NCBI RefSeq assembly: GCF_018350175.1
Contig: NC_058368.1
Span: 134,976,001 to 135,040,000 of the forward strand
Origin: Felis catus
Taxonomy: Eukaryota
DNA: 64,000 nucleotides
Direction of reading: 5' to 3'
Of this stretch, positions 35,615 through 47,260 are shown one piece after another (positions within the stretch are counted from its first letter, which is position 1; each line of letters begins with the position of its first letter). Both the position numbers and the translations under genes were made by a program. Below the pieces are notes generated by a model. The model saw nothing but the letters and a program-made list of their open reading frames with translations, was not told the DNA's origin and did not search any database.

Positions 35615-36114
35615 AGAAGGTAAAGTCAGAGTGGTAGAAGGAGCTTCCGGATTGTAACATAAAAGCATGGTGGTGGGGTAGCGTGAGGGTAGAGGAAGCA
35701 AAGCATGCTTGGAAGGTGGAGAACACATCATCATCACGTGGTGCACAGACGGCAAAGAGAAGGAAGACTAAGAAATGATGGCTGGTTAAAGGTTATCTAT
35801 CAGTGACCTTTGAGAAGGCAGTTTCAATGGTATAGAAGAGGTGGGAGCAGCAGATTCCTGGGCTACAGGAAGGAGTGGGTGAGAGGATGTGCAAGCGGCA
35901 GTAGAGGCTGGCTTTGGGGGCTCTGGCAAGGACAGCAAGCCCAAAAATGGAGTTACAGCCTAGCAAAGCAGATGGAGGTAACTTTGCATAGTGGACTCCG
36001 GGGTCACACAGACCTGGCGGCCCCCACCCCAGCTCCTCCACTGCCTAAAACCTGCATTAAGCAAATTGTTTACTTCTGTGTAGACTCAGTTACCTCATTT
36101 AAAAATAGCCACAA

Positions 36115-36284
36115 GGGGCACCTGGGTGGCTCAGTCTGATGAGCGGCGGACTTCGGCTCAGGTCACGACCTCGAGGTTCGTGGATTCAAGCCCCGCTTTG
36201 GGCTCCGTGCTGTCCGCGCAGAGCCTGCTTCAGATCCTCTGTCTGCTGCTCCCACTCTCTCTCTCAAAAATACACAAACACAAA
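36115..36284 (+). mobile_element. CanSINE (first of a tandem pair)
   Basis: Head at 36115, shortened tail. Confidence 0.9.
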
Positions 36285-36495
36285 GGGGCGCCTGAGTGGC
36301 TCAGTCGGTCAAGCGTCCAACTTTGGTTCAGGTCATGATCTCACAGTTCATGGGTTCAAGTCCCGTGTCCGGGCTCTGTGCTGACGGCTCAGAGCCTGGA
36401 GACTGCTTCGGATTCTGTGTCGCCCTCTCTCTGTCCCTCCCCCATTTGCACGGTCTCAATCTCTCTCTCTCTCTAATAAACATTAAAAAAAAAAT
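36285..36495 (+). mobile_element. CanSINE inserted in the tail of the previous copy
   Basis: Head at 36285, CT tract, A tail. Confidence 0.92.
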
Positions 36496-36653
36496 AAACA
36501 TATAAATAGATACCACAATTACACCTACACCAAAGAGTTGCAACAATCAAATGAAAGAGAGTAGGTAACTCGCTTATTTTAACCGTCTGGCACATTGGAA
36601 GTGCCAAACATTGGTATTACAGAAGAGATCTGGAACCCCACTTTCTTATCAAC

Positions 36654-37320
36654 AGGTTTGCCAGGTAAGATACAAGACTCACAGCTAAATTTTAATTTCA
36701 AAAAAACCCCCACTTTTAAATATAAGCATGTCTTAAATATTGCAAGGCCATTCTTACACTAACAACCTACCTATTGTTGGCATCAATCTTCTGCTGCTGT
36801 AGCAAATCACCACAGTGAGTGGATTAGAACAACACAAATTTATTATCTTACAGTTACAAAGGTCAGCAGTCTGACATGGTTCTCGCTGGGCTAAAATCTC
36901 TATCAGCAAGGCTACATTCCTGCCGCAGGCTCTAGGGAACAATCCATTTTCTTACCTTTTCCAGCAACTGAGGCCCACCCACATTCCTTGGCAAGCCGCC
37001 TTCTTCCTCCATCTTGAAAGGCAGCAACGTTGCAGCCCCGGCCTCCCTTAGTCATAGCTCGCTCTGATTACAGCTGGCAGTCTCTCCACTTTTAAAGACT
37101 CTGAATAATTGGGCCCAGCTGCATGATGGAGAAGACTCCTCTTTCCAGGCGCCTAAGCTTAATCACAGCTGAGAGTCTTTCTGCCATGTAATACACTCAC
37201 AGGTTCCAAGGATTAGGAGATGTACCTTTTTGGGGGTAGACTTTGCTCCGCCTACCACATCGTTGATCTGAAATTCTAATTTAGCTAGGTGTCCTGTTGT
37301 TTGCTAAATCTGGTGACCGT
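36654..37320. mobile_element. MER53 palindromic MITE split by an MLT1 LTR
   Basis: Left arm aggtttgccagg...taaattttaatttca; right arm atctgaaattctaatttagctaggtgtcctg...ttgctaaatctgg. Confidence 0.75.
36779..37259 (-). mobile_element. MLT1D/E-like solo LTR
   Basis: gctgctgtagcaaatcaccac...acaacacaaatttattatcttacagt...gcctaccaca; TSD ttgtt / tcgtt. Confidence 0.85.
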
Positions 37321-37582
37321 GACCCTACCTGTAAAACTTCCTTTCATTGATTGGGGAAAGAATGGCTTAGTTCCTCCAGCCCTAGAATCCCAACTACACC
37401 TTGCATTCTTGCCATTTTGCAATCTTCCATAGGCATCTCCCTCCACGCTGTGTTATGTAGGTGGGTTTGTGTTCAAAATTTTATGAAAGAAGTCTGTAGC
37501 TATTCGGGGACAAATTGAAAACAAAAATTATGTAAAGAGAAATTCTACTTTATTTCAACTTTCATTACAAAATGAGGTTCTG

Positions 37583-38060
37583 GTTTACATAATAGGATTT
37601 AGTAAAGAAAAATAGAAGCTGTTCTAGGTATTTCAAGCGGGAGGAAAAATTTAATACAAGGAATTGGATGCGTACAAAATTCCTGGGAGGGCTGGAAGAG
37701 GCAAGGGTGGGGAAAGCCACAAGCTTTCAAATATGTGGCTAGCTTCAAGAGACAGGAAGTTTCAGGGACTAAAGGAAACTGCTGCTGGTGATGTCATCTG
37801 CTTCCAGCTCTGAGGAGGATGATTCACAGGAGAGTGGGATTCTATACAAACTCTGATATCTCCTGACACCCACACACCTGCCCGCTCCTGACCGAAGAGC
37901 AATAACGTGGCTTCTACCTCTCTTCTCCCTTCAAAATCTCCTGCCAATACTTCTGGTCATCAGCATAGGGCTTGAAAACTACCCATAAGGGACACTGGGA
38001 AATGTAGTTCCCAGGCTTCCAGCCCTAACAATAAGAAGTGCACAGCAGATACAGTTAAAG
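37583..38060 (-). mobile_element. LTR78/79-like ancient LTR
   Basis: gttctaggtatttcaagcgggaggaaaaatttaatacaaggaattgg...ctgggaaatgtagttcccagg. Confidence 0.6.
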
Positions 38061-38185
38061 AAACAGAACTCAAAAGAATTGAAAGCAGAAAGCTTTTGCC
38101 AACGGAAAAGGAAAAATCATGATTTTATTATCGTAAGATACCCGAATCCTTAAGTATGTATACCCAGCTGCAACGTGAAAAAAAA

Positions 38186-38406
38186 TTTTTTTTTAAGTTT
38201 TTATTTTTTATTTCTTGATTTTGAGAGAGAGCAAGCAAGCCTTCACGCAGGGCGGAGGGGCAAAGAGGAAGAGAGAGAGAGAATCCCAAGCAGGCTCTAC
38301 ACTCTGTGCTGACCCCAGTGAGGGGCTTGATCTCATGAACGTGACATCATGACCTGATTTGAAATCAACAGTCAGATGCTTAACCGAATGAGCCACCCAG
38401 GCCCCC
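38186..38406 (-). mobile_element. Older CanSINE
   Basis: Antisense body and T tail. Confidence 0.9.
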
Positions 38407-38599
38407 CCAACTTTTTCTTTTAAAACAATATTTTGTTCATTTGCTGTGGCTGTCCCATTGTCTTCTGGGTTGTCCTTCCCCTAGGATTTCACTGACTACA
38501 TACTCTTGGCCATCAGAATTTTGTTTTTCCTGTCTAAGGTGGTAACTGTAAAAAGAGGAATCTCGGTAAATATGTTTATTTCCAGGACTAATTCCTGAC

Positions 38600-39080
38600 T
38601 TTTATCATCTATTGCTGTGGAACAAGCTGCACGCTAAAACTTAGTGACTTGAACAATCGTTACCTTTTTTTCAGTTGTGTGGGCATGGAATTCAGGGAAG
38701 GGCTGGGATGTTCTCCTCTCCGTGGTGTCAGTGGAGTCACTCAGCTACATTCAGTAAGTGGCTGGCAGACTTCCAAAGGACTTCACTTACGTCTGGTACT
38801 TTGGTGCCTCTCCATATGGCATCTCTCTGTCCATGCGCTAACCTAGACTTCCCCACAGTTCGGTCTCAGGTAGTTGGACCTCACACATTGTGGCTGGTTT
38901 CCCAGAGGGAGAAAGCAGAACCTGCCAGGGAACAAATCCCAGAATGTCACTTCTGCCATATTTTACGGGTCAGAGAAAGTTGCATTGGAGAGGAGGAAAC
39001 ATGGGCTGTACCTCTTGAAGGGGAGAACAGGAAGTGTGCACAGAGAGGGAAGGAATTGATTGGTGGCCATCCTTGCACAC
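38600..39080 (-). mobile_element. Old MLT1 (H/I-like) solo LTR
   Basis: tctattgctgtggaacaag...taaaacttagtgacttgaacaa...gtcacttctgccatatttt...gaattgattggtggccatc. Confidence 0.7.
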
Positions 39081-39759
39081 TGACTTGATTCTATTCTCCT
39101 AACTACTAACTTCGATTCTTACTCTCTTAGATGCTATCCTTACCTCACAGTTAGGAGCATGCTGTTCTGAGCCTTAACTTTCATCCTGTTTCTTCTTATC
39201 CATCAGTGGCCTCTTTTTGCTTATGTAGCCTATTAATAATAAATGCTTGAGCAAGTAATTCAGATATATGTACATATATATGCAAATATAGTACACGCAT
39301 GTTCCATTCCAATCTATTTGTTAAATATTAGCTAAGTTTAATGTCTTCTTTTTAGTTTTAATAAACAAAAATATGAACAGAGATCTTACGCTATGTTTTT
39401 ACGCTTCACTCTGAAGATCATTCTTCCATTTTAGTCTCATCATGGCTTTCTTGAGTTTCCTCATTAATTCCCTATCCAGGCCTCTTCTACGTACCTGCAA
39501 GATGACTTCAAGATCTGGCTTCTTCTTTTATCCTCTTTATTTGCTGAGATGTATCAGATATCTAATACAGCTTGACTTTGTTCCACATTTCACAGTAGGT
39601 ATTCTAAGAAATAAATATATAAATTATATATACAGTATGTACCAAAGCTGAGCATTGCCAAAGCTTAAGATTTATAGTGGGGTAAAGTAGCTTTGTTGTT
39701 GTTTTTCTGTTTTTAAGTAGATCTCAGGTACTCTCATCCATCTTTAAAAAAAAAAGTCA

Positions 39760-39970
39760 GGGGCACCCGGGTGGCTCAGTCGGTTAAGTGTCTGACTTTG
39801 GCTCAGGTCATGATCTCACAGTTCATGAGTTCAAGCCCCGCATCAGGCTCTGTGCCGACAGCCTGGAGCCTGCTTCAGATTCTGTGTTTCCCTCTCTCTG
39901 CCCCTTCCCCACTCACACTCTGTCTCTCTCTCAAAAATAAATAAACATTAAAAAAAAATTTTTTTTTAAT
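39760..39970 (+). mobile_element. CanSINE
   Basis: TSD ttaaaaaaaaa(a)gtca at 39744-39759 and 39970-39984. Confidence 0.94.
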
Positions 39971-39989
39971 TAAAAAAAAAGTCATTTGG

Positions 39990-40192
39990 GGGGTGCCTCG
40001 GTGGCTCAGTTGGTTAAGCATCTGACTTAAATTCAGGTCATGATCTCAACGGTCCATGAGTTCCAGCCCCACATCGGGCTCTGTGCTGACAGCTCAGAGC
40101 TTGGAGTCTGTTTCTGATTCTGTGTCTCCCTCTCCCTCTGCCCCTCCCCTGCTCACACTCTGTCTCAAAAATAAATAGTAAGCATTATTTTT
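39990..40192 (+). mobile_element. CanSINE
   Basis: TSD aaaaagtcatttgg / aaaaagtcgtttgg. Confidence 0.94.
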
Positions 40193-41830
40193 TAAAAAGT
40201 CGTTTGGGAATTAAACACTGATGACAATTCTTTGTGTTCTCTCACAGAGTGGAAGAAAGAATAATCTAAGCTTATGCATGCCTTTTCATCTCTGTGTCCT
40301 CAGAGTTCGAGCACAGATGCCAGCAAATAGCAGGTGCTTAATAAATGTTTGTTATACTAAATGCTGGCCCCTTACATTTACCTATCCAAGTGGAAATGTA
40401 CACTTTGCTTCACAATTACTTATCAAGAAATTCTGAGACACATAAATATGTGCTTTCTATAATACAAAAACAAAACTCAGATCATCCTCAAAGGTATCAA
40501 ATAGAAGGTAAAGAAGAAACAAAAAGAGATTGGACAGCACACTTATAAGTACTCTATCCTCTTAGTTATAAGTACAAATTAATTTCCTTCTAATCTTTAC
40601 AAAAAAAAAAATATGTGGGGGTGTGGAAACAGAAGACGGTGGGTCTTAAGGCAATGAGCAAGGGTCAAAGGATTTTTAATCATCCCTTGTGATCTGTAGT
40701 GCATTTCTGTGCCAGGATTATCTCCAAACAGGCCTCAGAAGAAAAGAAGGAGAGAAGGAGGCCAGCTTCCTTTTTAATCCAACATGAAGCTACATTGTGC
40801 AGAACCCAGATGTCTAGGCTGCAGAAGCCTGTGACAGCTTCAGCAAGAGCAAGGAGAAACTGTTAATGGGGCAGGAGAACCCCAGAAAGCCTGTGGGCCG
40901 CCCAGGGCCTCCCTTGGGGCAATGCCTGTGCTTCTGGCTGCCAGACATGATGCATACCTCAGGGACCTGAGTGAAGGCCTAGGGGGGGGCCTCTTCCTCT
41001 CTCCTCTTGTCTAATTTAACATGGTTTCTTTCTGGCTCCCCTCAAGCTTCAGAAGGGAGTGCTTGCCTACTTGACAGAGTCCTATGGAACTTTCTTAGTC
41101 CCTATTTCGAAATAAGCGCTGGAGGCAGTGCGTCAGGCAAGTGCTGAGAAGCAAGAAATGTGTGCAGGGTTGTGTGTGCGGCTTGGGGGCTGGAAGGGAA
41201 CCTCGCCACTGACTAGAGGCCGTTTGTTCCTTTCATTTCAAGCTCCTGTTCGTATTGTTTTCACCAAGACATTTTTCTTCCCCAAATGCAAAAACTAGAG
41301 CTACACGGCCCATCAATCTCTGGTCCTTTTTATACGAGCAAACTCTGGACTCACTATGGCTAGGAAGCAACAGCCCAGCTCCCTCCAAAGGTGCTGACAG
41401 TTCACCTCCAGGCTCCCTTCCAGTCTGTAGGCAGGGAAGGGGGGGATATCTGCTCTGGGGCAGTAGCTTCTAGGGGTTCTGCCCTAAGGTACAGAACAGT
41501 TACCCTTAATGAGACTTGGAGGGGGCGGTGGGGAAAGGATAGTGACAGGCAGGTTTCAAGCTGGCCTATCAGTCATTTACAGGGAAGACATTCCTTTTAG
41601 ATTTTCCAAAGTGTACGTTCCCTAATCCGGGCCCTTCTCCCAAGTCTCTGGGCCTCAGCCCTTCATAAGTGAAATGAAAAGGCTGGGCTGGAGGGTCTCC
41701 TTACTGCTCTGACCTCCTCTGATCCCATGACCTCCTCATTATCAGGGATGACTGAGACCAGCAGAGACCTGAAAAATCCAGAAGAATGGAAAACCCCCAG
41801 ATCTAAATTTTTTCACCTTAGAATATCATG

Positions 41831-42071
41831 CTTTTCTTTTTTTTAAGTTTATTTATTTTGAGAGAAAGAGACACAGAGAGAGAGACGGAGAGAGAGGGAG
41901 AGAACGAGCAGGGGAGGGGCACAGAGATGGGGAGAGAGAGAATATCCCAAGCAGGCTCCACGCTGACAGCGTAGAGCCTGACACAGGGCTGAAACCCACA
42001 AACTGTGAGATCATGACCTGAGCTGAAACCAAGAGTCCGACACTTAACAGAAGGAGCCACCCAGGCGCCTC
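41831..42071 (-). mobile_element. Older CanSINE
   Basis: TSD tagaatatcat at 41819-41829 and 42072-42082. Confidence 0.93.
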
Positions 42072-42853
42072 TAGAATATCATTTCTTGAGTTGGAATGTG
42101 CATGTCCTGAATCATGGAGACGCACACAACAAAAGGTCTGACTCTGGTGGTTTACCCATTTCTCCATCCTGCCCTCTGAAATCCTGAAAATGTCTCTGCT
42201 CACCTTTCCAAATATAACTGAGCTTAAACTACAGCCGCTCTCCCTTCCCCCACCCCAACTTGTCTTTCTCATTTCTCTCTTGAGTCAGCCCTGTCCCACT
42301 GGGAGTGGGGGTGGTGCTTGCTTTAAATGCCCTCTCTGTCTTTCATCTCTGCACCCATTTTTTAAATGCTAGCACACATATATTTAACAATACAGCTTTA
42401 CACAGAATGCTAAGAGGACTTTTCTTCGTATTTTACAGAGAGACATGAAACATATGGACTTTCTATTAATATTCATACCGTGGCACAGCCAAATCCAACT
42501 CCTAAATAGATGCATTACAGTTTGTTTGGAGTTTCAAGGCTTAACAACAATAATGAAGGGAGGAGCAAGACTAATTAATTTTACATAACTGAATGAGAGA
42601 TTAATTTAGGAAATAGTAAATACAATTTAATATGGTCTCCTGTGCCCTGAAGTAGGTGGCGCCAGATTTGGAGGGGTGACTGCTATGTCCAGATAATCAC
42701 AATCTCTCACTGTGCCATCTCTCCTTTTGTTCCTTGTAGAGCTCTGTATGGACAGGCTACATGTCAATTATTCCCACGTTACAGACGTGAATGCTGACTT
42801 AGTGAGACGATTGAGTTGCCCAAACTGTCAAGGCAATTTAAAGGGTGAATGAA

Positions 42854-43290
42854 GGGGCACCTGCATTTGGTTGAGTATCTGTCTGACTCTTGCTTTCAGC
42901 TCAGGTCATGTTCCCAAGGTCATGGGACTGAGCTCCACGTAGGACTCTGCACTAAGCATGGAGACTGCTTAAGATCCTCTCTTTCTCTCTCCTTCTGCCC
43001 AACTTGTACACTCTCTCTCTAAAATAAATGAATGAGGGGCGCCTGGGTGGCGCAGTCGGTTAAGCGTCCGACTTCAGCCAGGTCACGATCTCGCGGTCCG
43101 TGAGTTCGAGCCCCGCGTCGGGCTCTGGGCTGATGGCTCAGAGCCTGGAGCCTGTTTCCGATTCTGTGTCTCCCTCTCTCTCTGCCCCTCCCCCGTTCAT
43201 GCTCTGTCTCTCTCTGTCCCCCAAAAAATAAATAAACGTTGTTTATAAAAAAAAATTTTTTAAATAAAATAAATGAATGAATGAATGAAT
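42854..43290 (+). mobile_element. Old CanSINE with (GAAT)n tail, host of a young SINE
   Basis: TSD ggtgaatgaa / ggtgagtgaa at 42844-42853 and 43291-43300. Confidence 0.88.
43036..43265 (+). mobile_element. Young feline CanSINE (SINEC_Fc type)
   Basis: Perfect TSD aaaataaatgaatga at 43021-43035 and 43266-43280. Confidence 0.97.
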
Positions 43291-44729
43291 GGTGAGTGAA
43301 GACTTCCAAGGCTTCTGATTCTTAAACTTGTATCCACAGCACTGTTTAAAATATGGATGATCTTTCTGAAAGAAAGATCACCTGTTTTACCTTCTCTGCT
43401 CACCTGTTCCTGGATTGAAAGTTGGGTGAAAGTTGAAGGAAAGGGAAAAAGAGGTCAGCTCAGGGTTAAAACTCTTCTCAAAACAATTTGACCCTTGCCC
43501 GGCTGTGCTCAGACGCTGCTTCTGCTTCCAGGATTTGTAGAAGCCCATAATCACAAAAACTATCGTTCCTTTTCTCACATGTAGCTGACCAAAAGTATGC
43601 GGGCAGAATCCAACACACGGGTCACCTTTCTTTTGTCTGAAATGATAAGCTACAGCATTCATGGGGTAGGACACTGGGTGGGACATCTCCGTACAATTTC
43701 ATCATCTTCCTTGCCTTGTGTCCTTTAGCAGATGTATAAATGTCAAAACTCTTGCTACCAACTAATGACAACTTTTCATGTTTAATGTGAAATGGAGAAA
43801 AACTTACAAACTTGAAGTAACAAGAATATGAATTTAGGAAATAGAGTGATGTTCTCATTTATTCTAATTCAACGAATTCAACAATTTAGGGAAAAAATAT
43901 AGTTTCAGCTCTGACTGTGCACAATGTACTGGTAGTTTTATGGGGAGGGACCTATTGTGATTTGTTTCAAAATTCAGTTAAATATATTGCTGCCCAGTTT
44001 TATTTGGGGTTCATGTCAAGGATTTTTTTTTCATGGTGCTTTTTTATTGAGGCTCTGAAAAGGTCTACAAATATTCAGAGTATAAAGGAGGTCTTAGAAA
44101 AGCAAAACAAAAGAAAAAAAAAAAACCTCAGGAATGCTAGAATTTTTTTGTGAAAAATACTAAACAAAGGGCTTCTCACATTATTTAAACAAGATGAGCT
44201 GAAATGTTTATCAGTCCACTTTGTATTGAAAACTTGCAGATCCTTTTTTTTTTTTTTTAGTTTTCTAAATCATTTTTTTTTTTACAATGGTTTTTATGCC
44301 CAAATGACAGCATTTCATTCTCTGAAGGCCTCTGACCTGATGTGAACTAAACTTCATACTGATACGGCCGAAGCAGTTTCTGGTTCTCTATTTTGGAGGG
44401 ATTGGTGAGGGAATATTCCAGGGTGGTCACATCGAAAAGTTTGACATACCCCAGCATAGGTGAGCAAAACTTCTTCCGTAACTTGGAGACAGATAACCTC
44501 AAGAGCAGAATGAAAAGATGTGCAAACAGGAGATTCTGTTTCAGGGTGTCCCTACCTTTGACCAAATGGTCATTTTTTTAGCACAGTTATCTGGTGATAT
44601 TACCTTGGCAAAAAAGTGTGATAATTTTGAGTTCTTTTACTGTTGCTGGTGGTTTTAAATATCTTCCCGCACCCCCCCACCCCCCACCCCGCTCAGTTCA
44701 GTATTTCTCTTTGGTTCTTGCCTTTCCTC

Positions 44730-44730
<1 letters not shown>

Positions 44731-44766
<36 letters not shown>
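44731..44766. repeat. (AC)18 microsatellite
   Basis: Direct reading. Confidence 0.95.
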
Positions 44767-44770
<4 letters not shown>

Positions 44771-44944
44771 TCACTCCTACTGGGAAACTTCCCTTTCCTT
44801 TTAGTCTTCACCCCACTAGCGCTGGTTGTTTGGATACTGTCATTAACTGAATTGCCTCATTTTTGTTAAAATTATTTCATGTAATCATTTAAGATGTATA
44901 TTCATTAGAAGCCTGTTAAAATAGCTTTTAAATCGAATGGATTT

Positions 44945-45080
44945 CAAAGGCTTCTCTATGCCTCAGTTTCCTCATCTAAAAAATATGGGGATAGTAACAA
45001 GAGCTCTCTCAAAGGAGGCTGAGAGAATATAATGAGAAGATTCCAGGAAAGCCCTTATTAGGTGCTCAAAAACTATCTGA
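44945..45080 (+). mobile_element. MIR
   Basis: cttctctatgcctcagtttcctcatctaaaaaatatggggatag. Confidence 0.75.
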
Positions 45081-45510
45081 TGCGACTGTTCTAAATTCAG
45101 CCAGGCATCTTTCATTCTTTGGACCAAGATCTTGCTGGACTAAGGTTGAGGGTACGTGAAGATGCTGAGATGTGCTTCCTTGGACAACTCTGAGAGGAGG
45201 CAGGGACAGCATTCAGTCACCCAGTTTATGGTTACCTACCCTTCGGGGTATCTTCCAGTTTCCCTCGGTTTGACCTCACTGGAAAAGGATAAGCTTTCCC
45301 TTTCAGATCGAGGAATAAAACGATGTTCCACTTCTCTGCCAATCCCAAGCTCCAGACTGGCCCAAAGCGTGAGGGGGAAACGTAAGCCTCCTCCTCCATG
45401 TTAATTCAAATAGCTGCATTAAAGCAGCACACAAAAAGCAGGCTTTTCACTTTGATAAGGTCGCCATTCATGGGGAAGGTCAGAGGCTCGGGATAAGATT
45501 TGCACCAAGA

Positions 45511-45726
45511 GGGGCCCCTGGCTGCCTCAGGTGGTTAAGCTTCGGACTCGGTTTCAGCTCAGGTCATGATCTCATGGTTCATGGGTTCAAGCCCTGCATC
45601 AGGCTCTGCAATGACAGTGTGGAGCCTGCTGGGGATTCTCTGGCTCTCTCTCTCTCTCTGCCCTTTCCCTACTTGGGTGCTTTTTCTCTCAGCATAAATA
45701 GATAAACATTAATAAAAAAAAAAAAA
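45511..45726 (+). mobile_element. Older CanSINE
   Basis: Diverged TSD aagatttgcaccaaga / aagattggcatctaga. Confidence 0.92.
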
Positions 45727-45943
45727 AAGATTGGCATCTAGAAACAGAATAAGATGAATTGGCCATTATTTATGGAAGCATCCTGTACCAGCCCAATCTT
45801 GCCACGTAAAGGGAGTCACAGGCCCCCTTCCCACCCCTTGTCATCAGGGGAAGGAAGTGACAGGGATCTGCCAGGCATCTTGGGATGCTGTGTGTGTTTG
45901 CAACTTGAGACGGGATTTCTCATCTCTCTCTTGTTCTCGTTTT

Positions 45944-46194
45944 TTTTTTTTTTTTTTTTTTTTAATTTTTTTTTAATATTTTTTTTTCAACGTTTTTATT
46001 TATTTTGGGGACAGAGAGAGAGACAGAGCATGAACGGGGGAGGGGCAGAGAGAGAGGGAGACACAGAATCGGAAACAGGCTCCAGGCTCTGAGCCATCAG
46101 CCCAGAGCCCGACGCTGGGCTCGAACTCACGGACCGCGAGATCGTGACCTGGCTGAAGTCGGACGCTTAACCGACTGCGCCACCCAGGCGCCCC
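45944..46194 (-). mobile_element. Young feline CanSINE (SINEC_Fc type) with long pure tail
   Basis: Perfect TSD tcttgttctcgtttt at 45929-45943 and 46195-46209. Confidence 0.97.
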
Positions 46195-47099
46195 TCTTGT
46201 TCTCGTTTTGTACGCCTGCTGCCAAGGCATCTCTGACACAACCCACCCAAAACCTCTTCCAGGATCCTCTGCCATGTCGTCCCTGGAGCTGCTTTTTTCC
46301 TTTCTGTTTCTATTTCTCAGAATGTGAAAATTCTCTAGCAAAAGGTTTATTTTGTCGTGCTCAAGGTCTCATGTTTTTGTCAAATAAGGAACATCAGGAA
46401 GTCAACTGCTCTCTCTCCCTCTGTCTGGAACTCAGCCAGTGCCACACCAACATGGAATTAGAACTCCTGAACTCAAGACCCATGCTTTGTCTGCAAGCTT
46501 ATCCAACCTGCATCCAGCACCAGAACTTTCCTGAGATCCCTGCCAGATGGCCTAAGTCACGATCTAGCATATACGAGGCGAGATCTACATCAGGACGTCA
46601 CAGAAGGATCAATGAACTAAATTAATCTCCCTTTCCTTCTAATATCCTCCTGAAAAATAAAAAATCAAATCGACTCTCAGCCACAGAAGTTAATGCTAAC
46701 GAGGCAGCCGGCTTGGGTATGTACTTCACTGTCTTCTGGCTACAGACCATGAGCTCAGGACTTCACCTTCCTCCCGCTCGCTGTCCTCATCTGTCACAGT
46801 GACACAGGAACTGTACATCTCCTTGGCTCTTCTTTTAGTCTTTTGCCTCCTTCCTTCCAGGTTGAACCCCCCCCAGGTGCACGCGGTTGATGCTCAGCCT
46901 AGGATGCGTGATGCCTGACCTAAACACACCTTTCTTGGAAGCTTCCTGACTTGACGCAACCACCTTGTGATCACCCAAGTGGAACCTCTGGCAGAGGAGT
47001 ATGAGCGGCTGATCCCTAAGCACAGGACTGTGAGCTCCAGGAAGCGAGCGTGCACTGCGTGCAGAGGCATTCCCCGAATAGTTTCAGCTGGGGAGGATG

Positions 47100-47260
47100 G
47101 GGCTGTGACTCATGTCCCCAGCGCACGTCTCCTAAGCGGCACGGAGTGGGCGGGGACGCTCACCCTGGGAGGGGGGCGGGGATCACCTGGGGAGGTCAGG
47201 CACTGGGGCCGGGAGCACTGACTCCTGCACAAGGGCAGCCACGCTGACTCACAAAGGAAA
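47100..47260. promoter_or_regulatory. Candidate enhancer (AP-1 and SP/KLF motif cluster)
   Basis: TGACTCA at 47106-47112 and 47245-47251; GC boxes at 47148-47155 and 47173-47181; locally GC/CpG-rich unique DNA. Confidence 0.4.

Larger units (their letters stand above)
32955..35900 (-). mobile_element. Long fragmented L2 hosting MLT1B, MER5A/MLT1D and MLT2 insertions
   Basis: tcagcaaatatttattgagtacct (32956); taaggaatttggaatgtattctaaaggcag (~33910); cagtgacctttgagaaggcagtttcaatgg (~35800). Confidence 0.6.

Noticed and set aside
44341..44465. Open frame ...FLVLYFGGIGEGIFQGGHIEKFDIPQH ending at a GTGAGC donor
   Set aside because: No convincing acceptor, no recognisable homology, and no partner exons.
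46005..46625. Longest ORF in the window (206 aa)
   Set aside because: The first third is antisense SINE, the start codon is non-ATG inside the SINE tail, and the rest resembles no protein I recognise.
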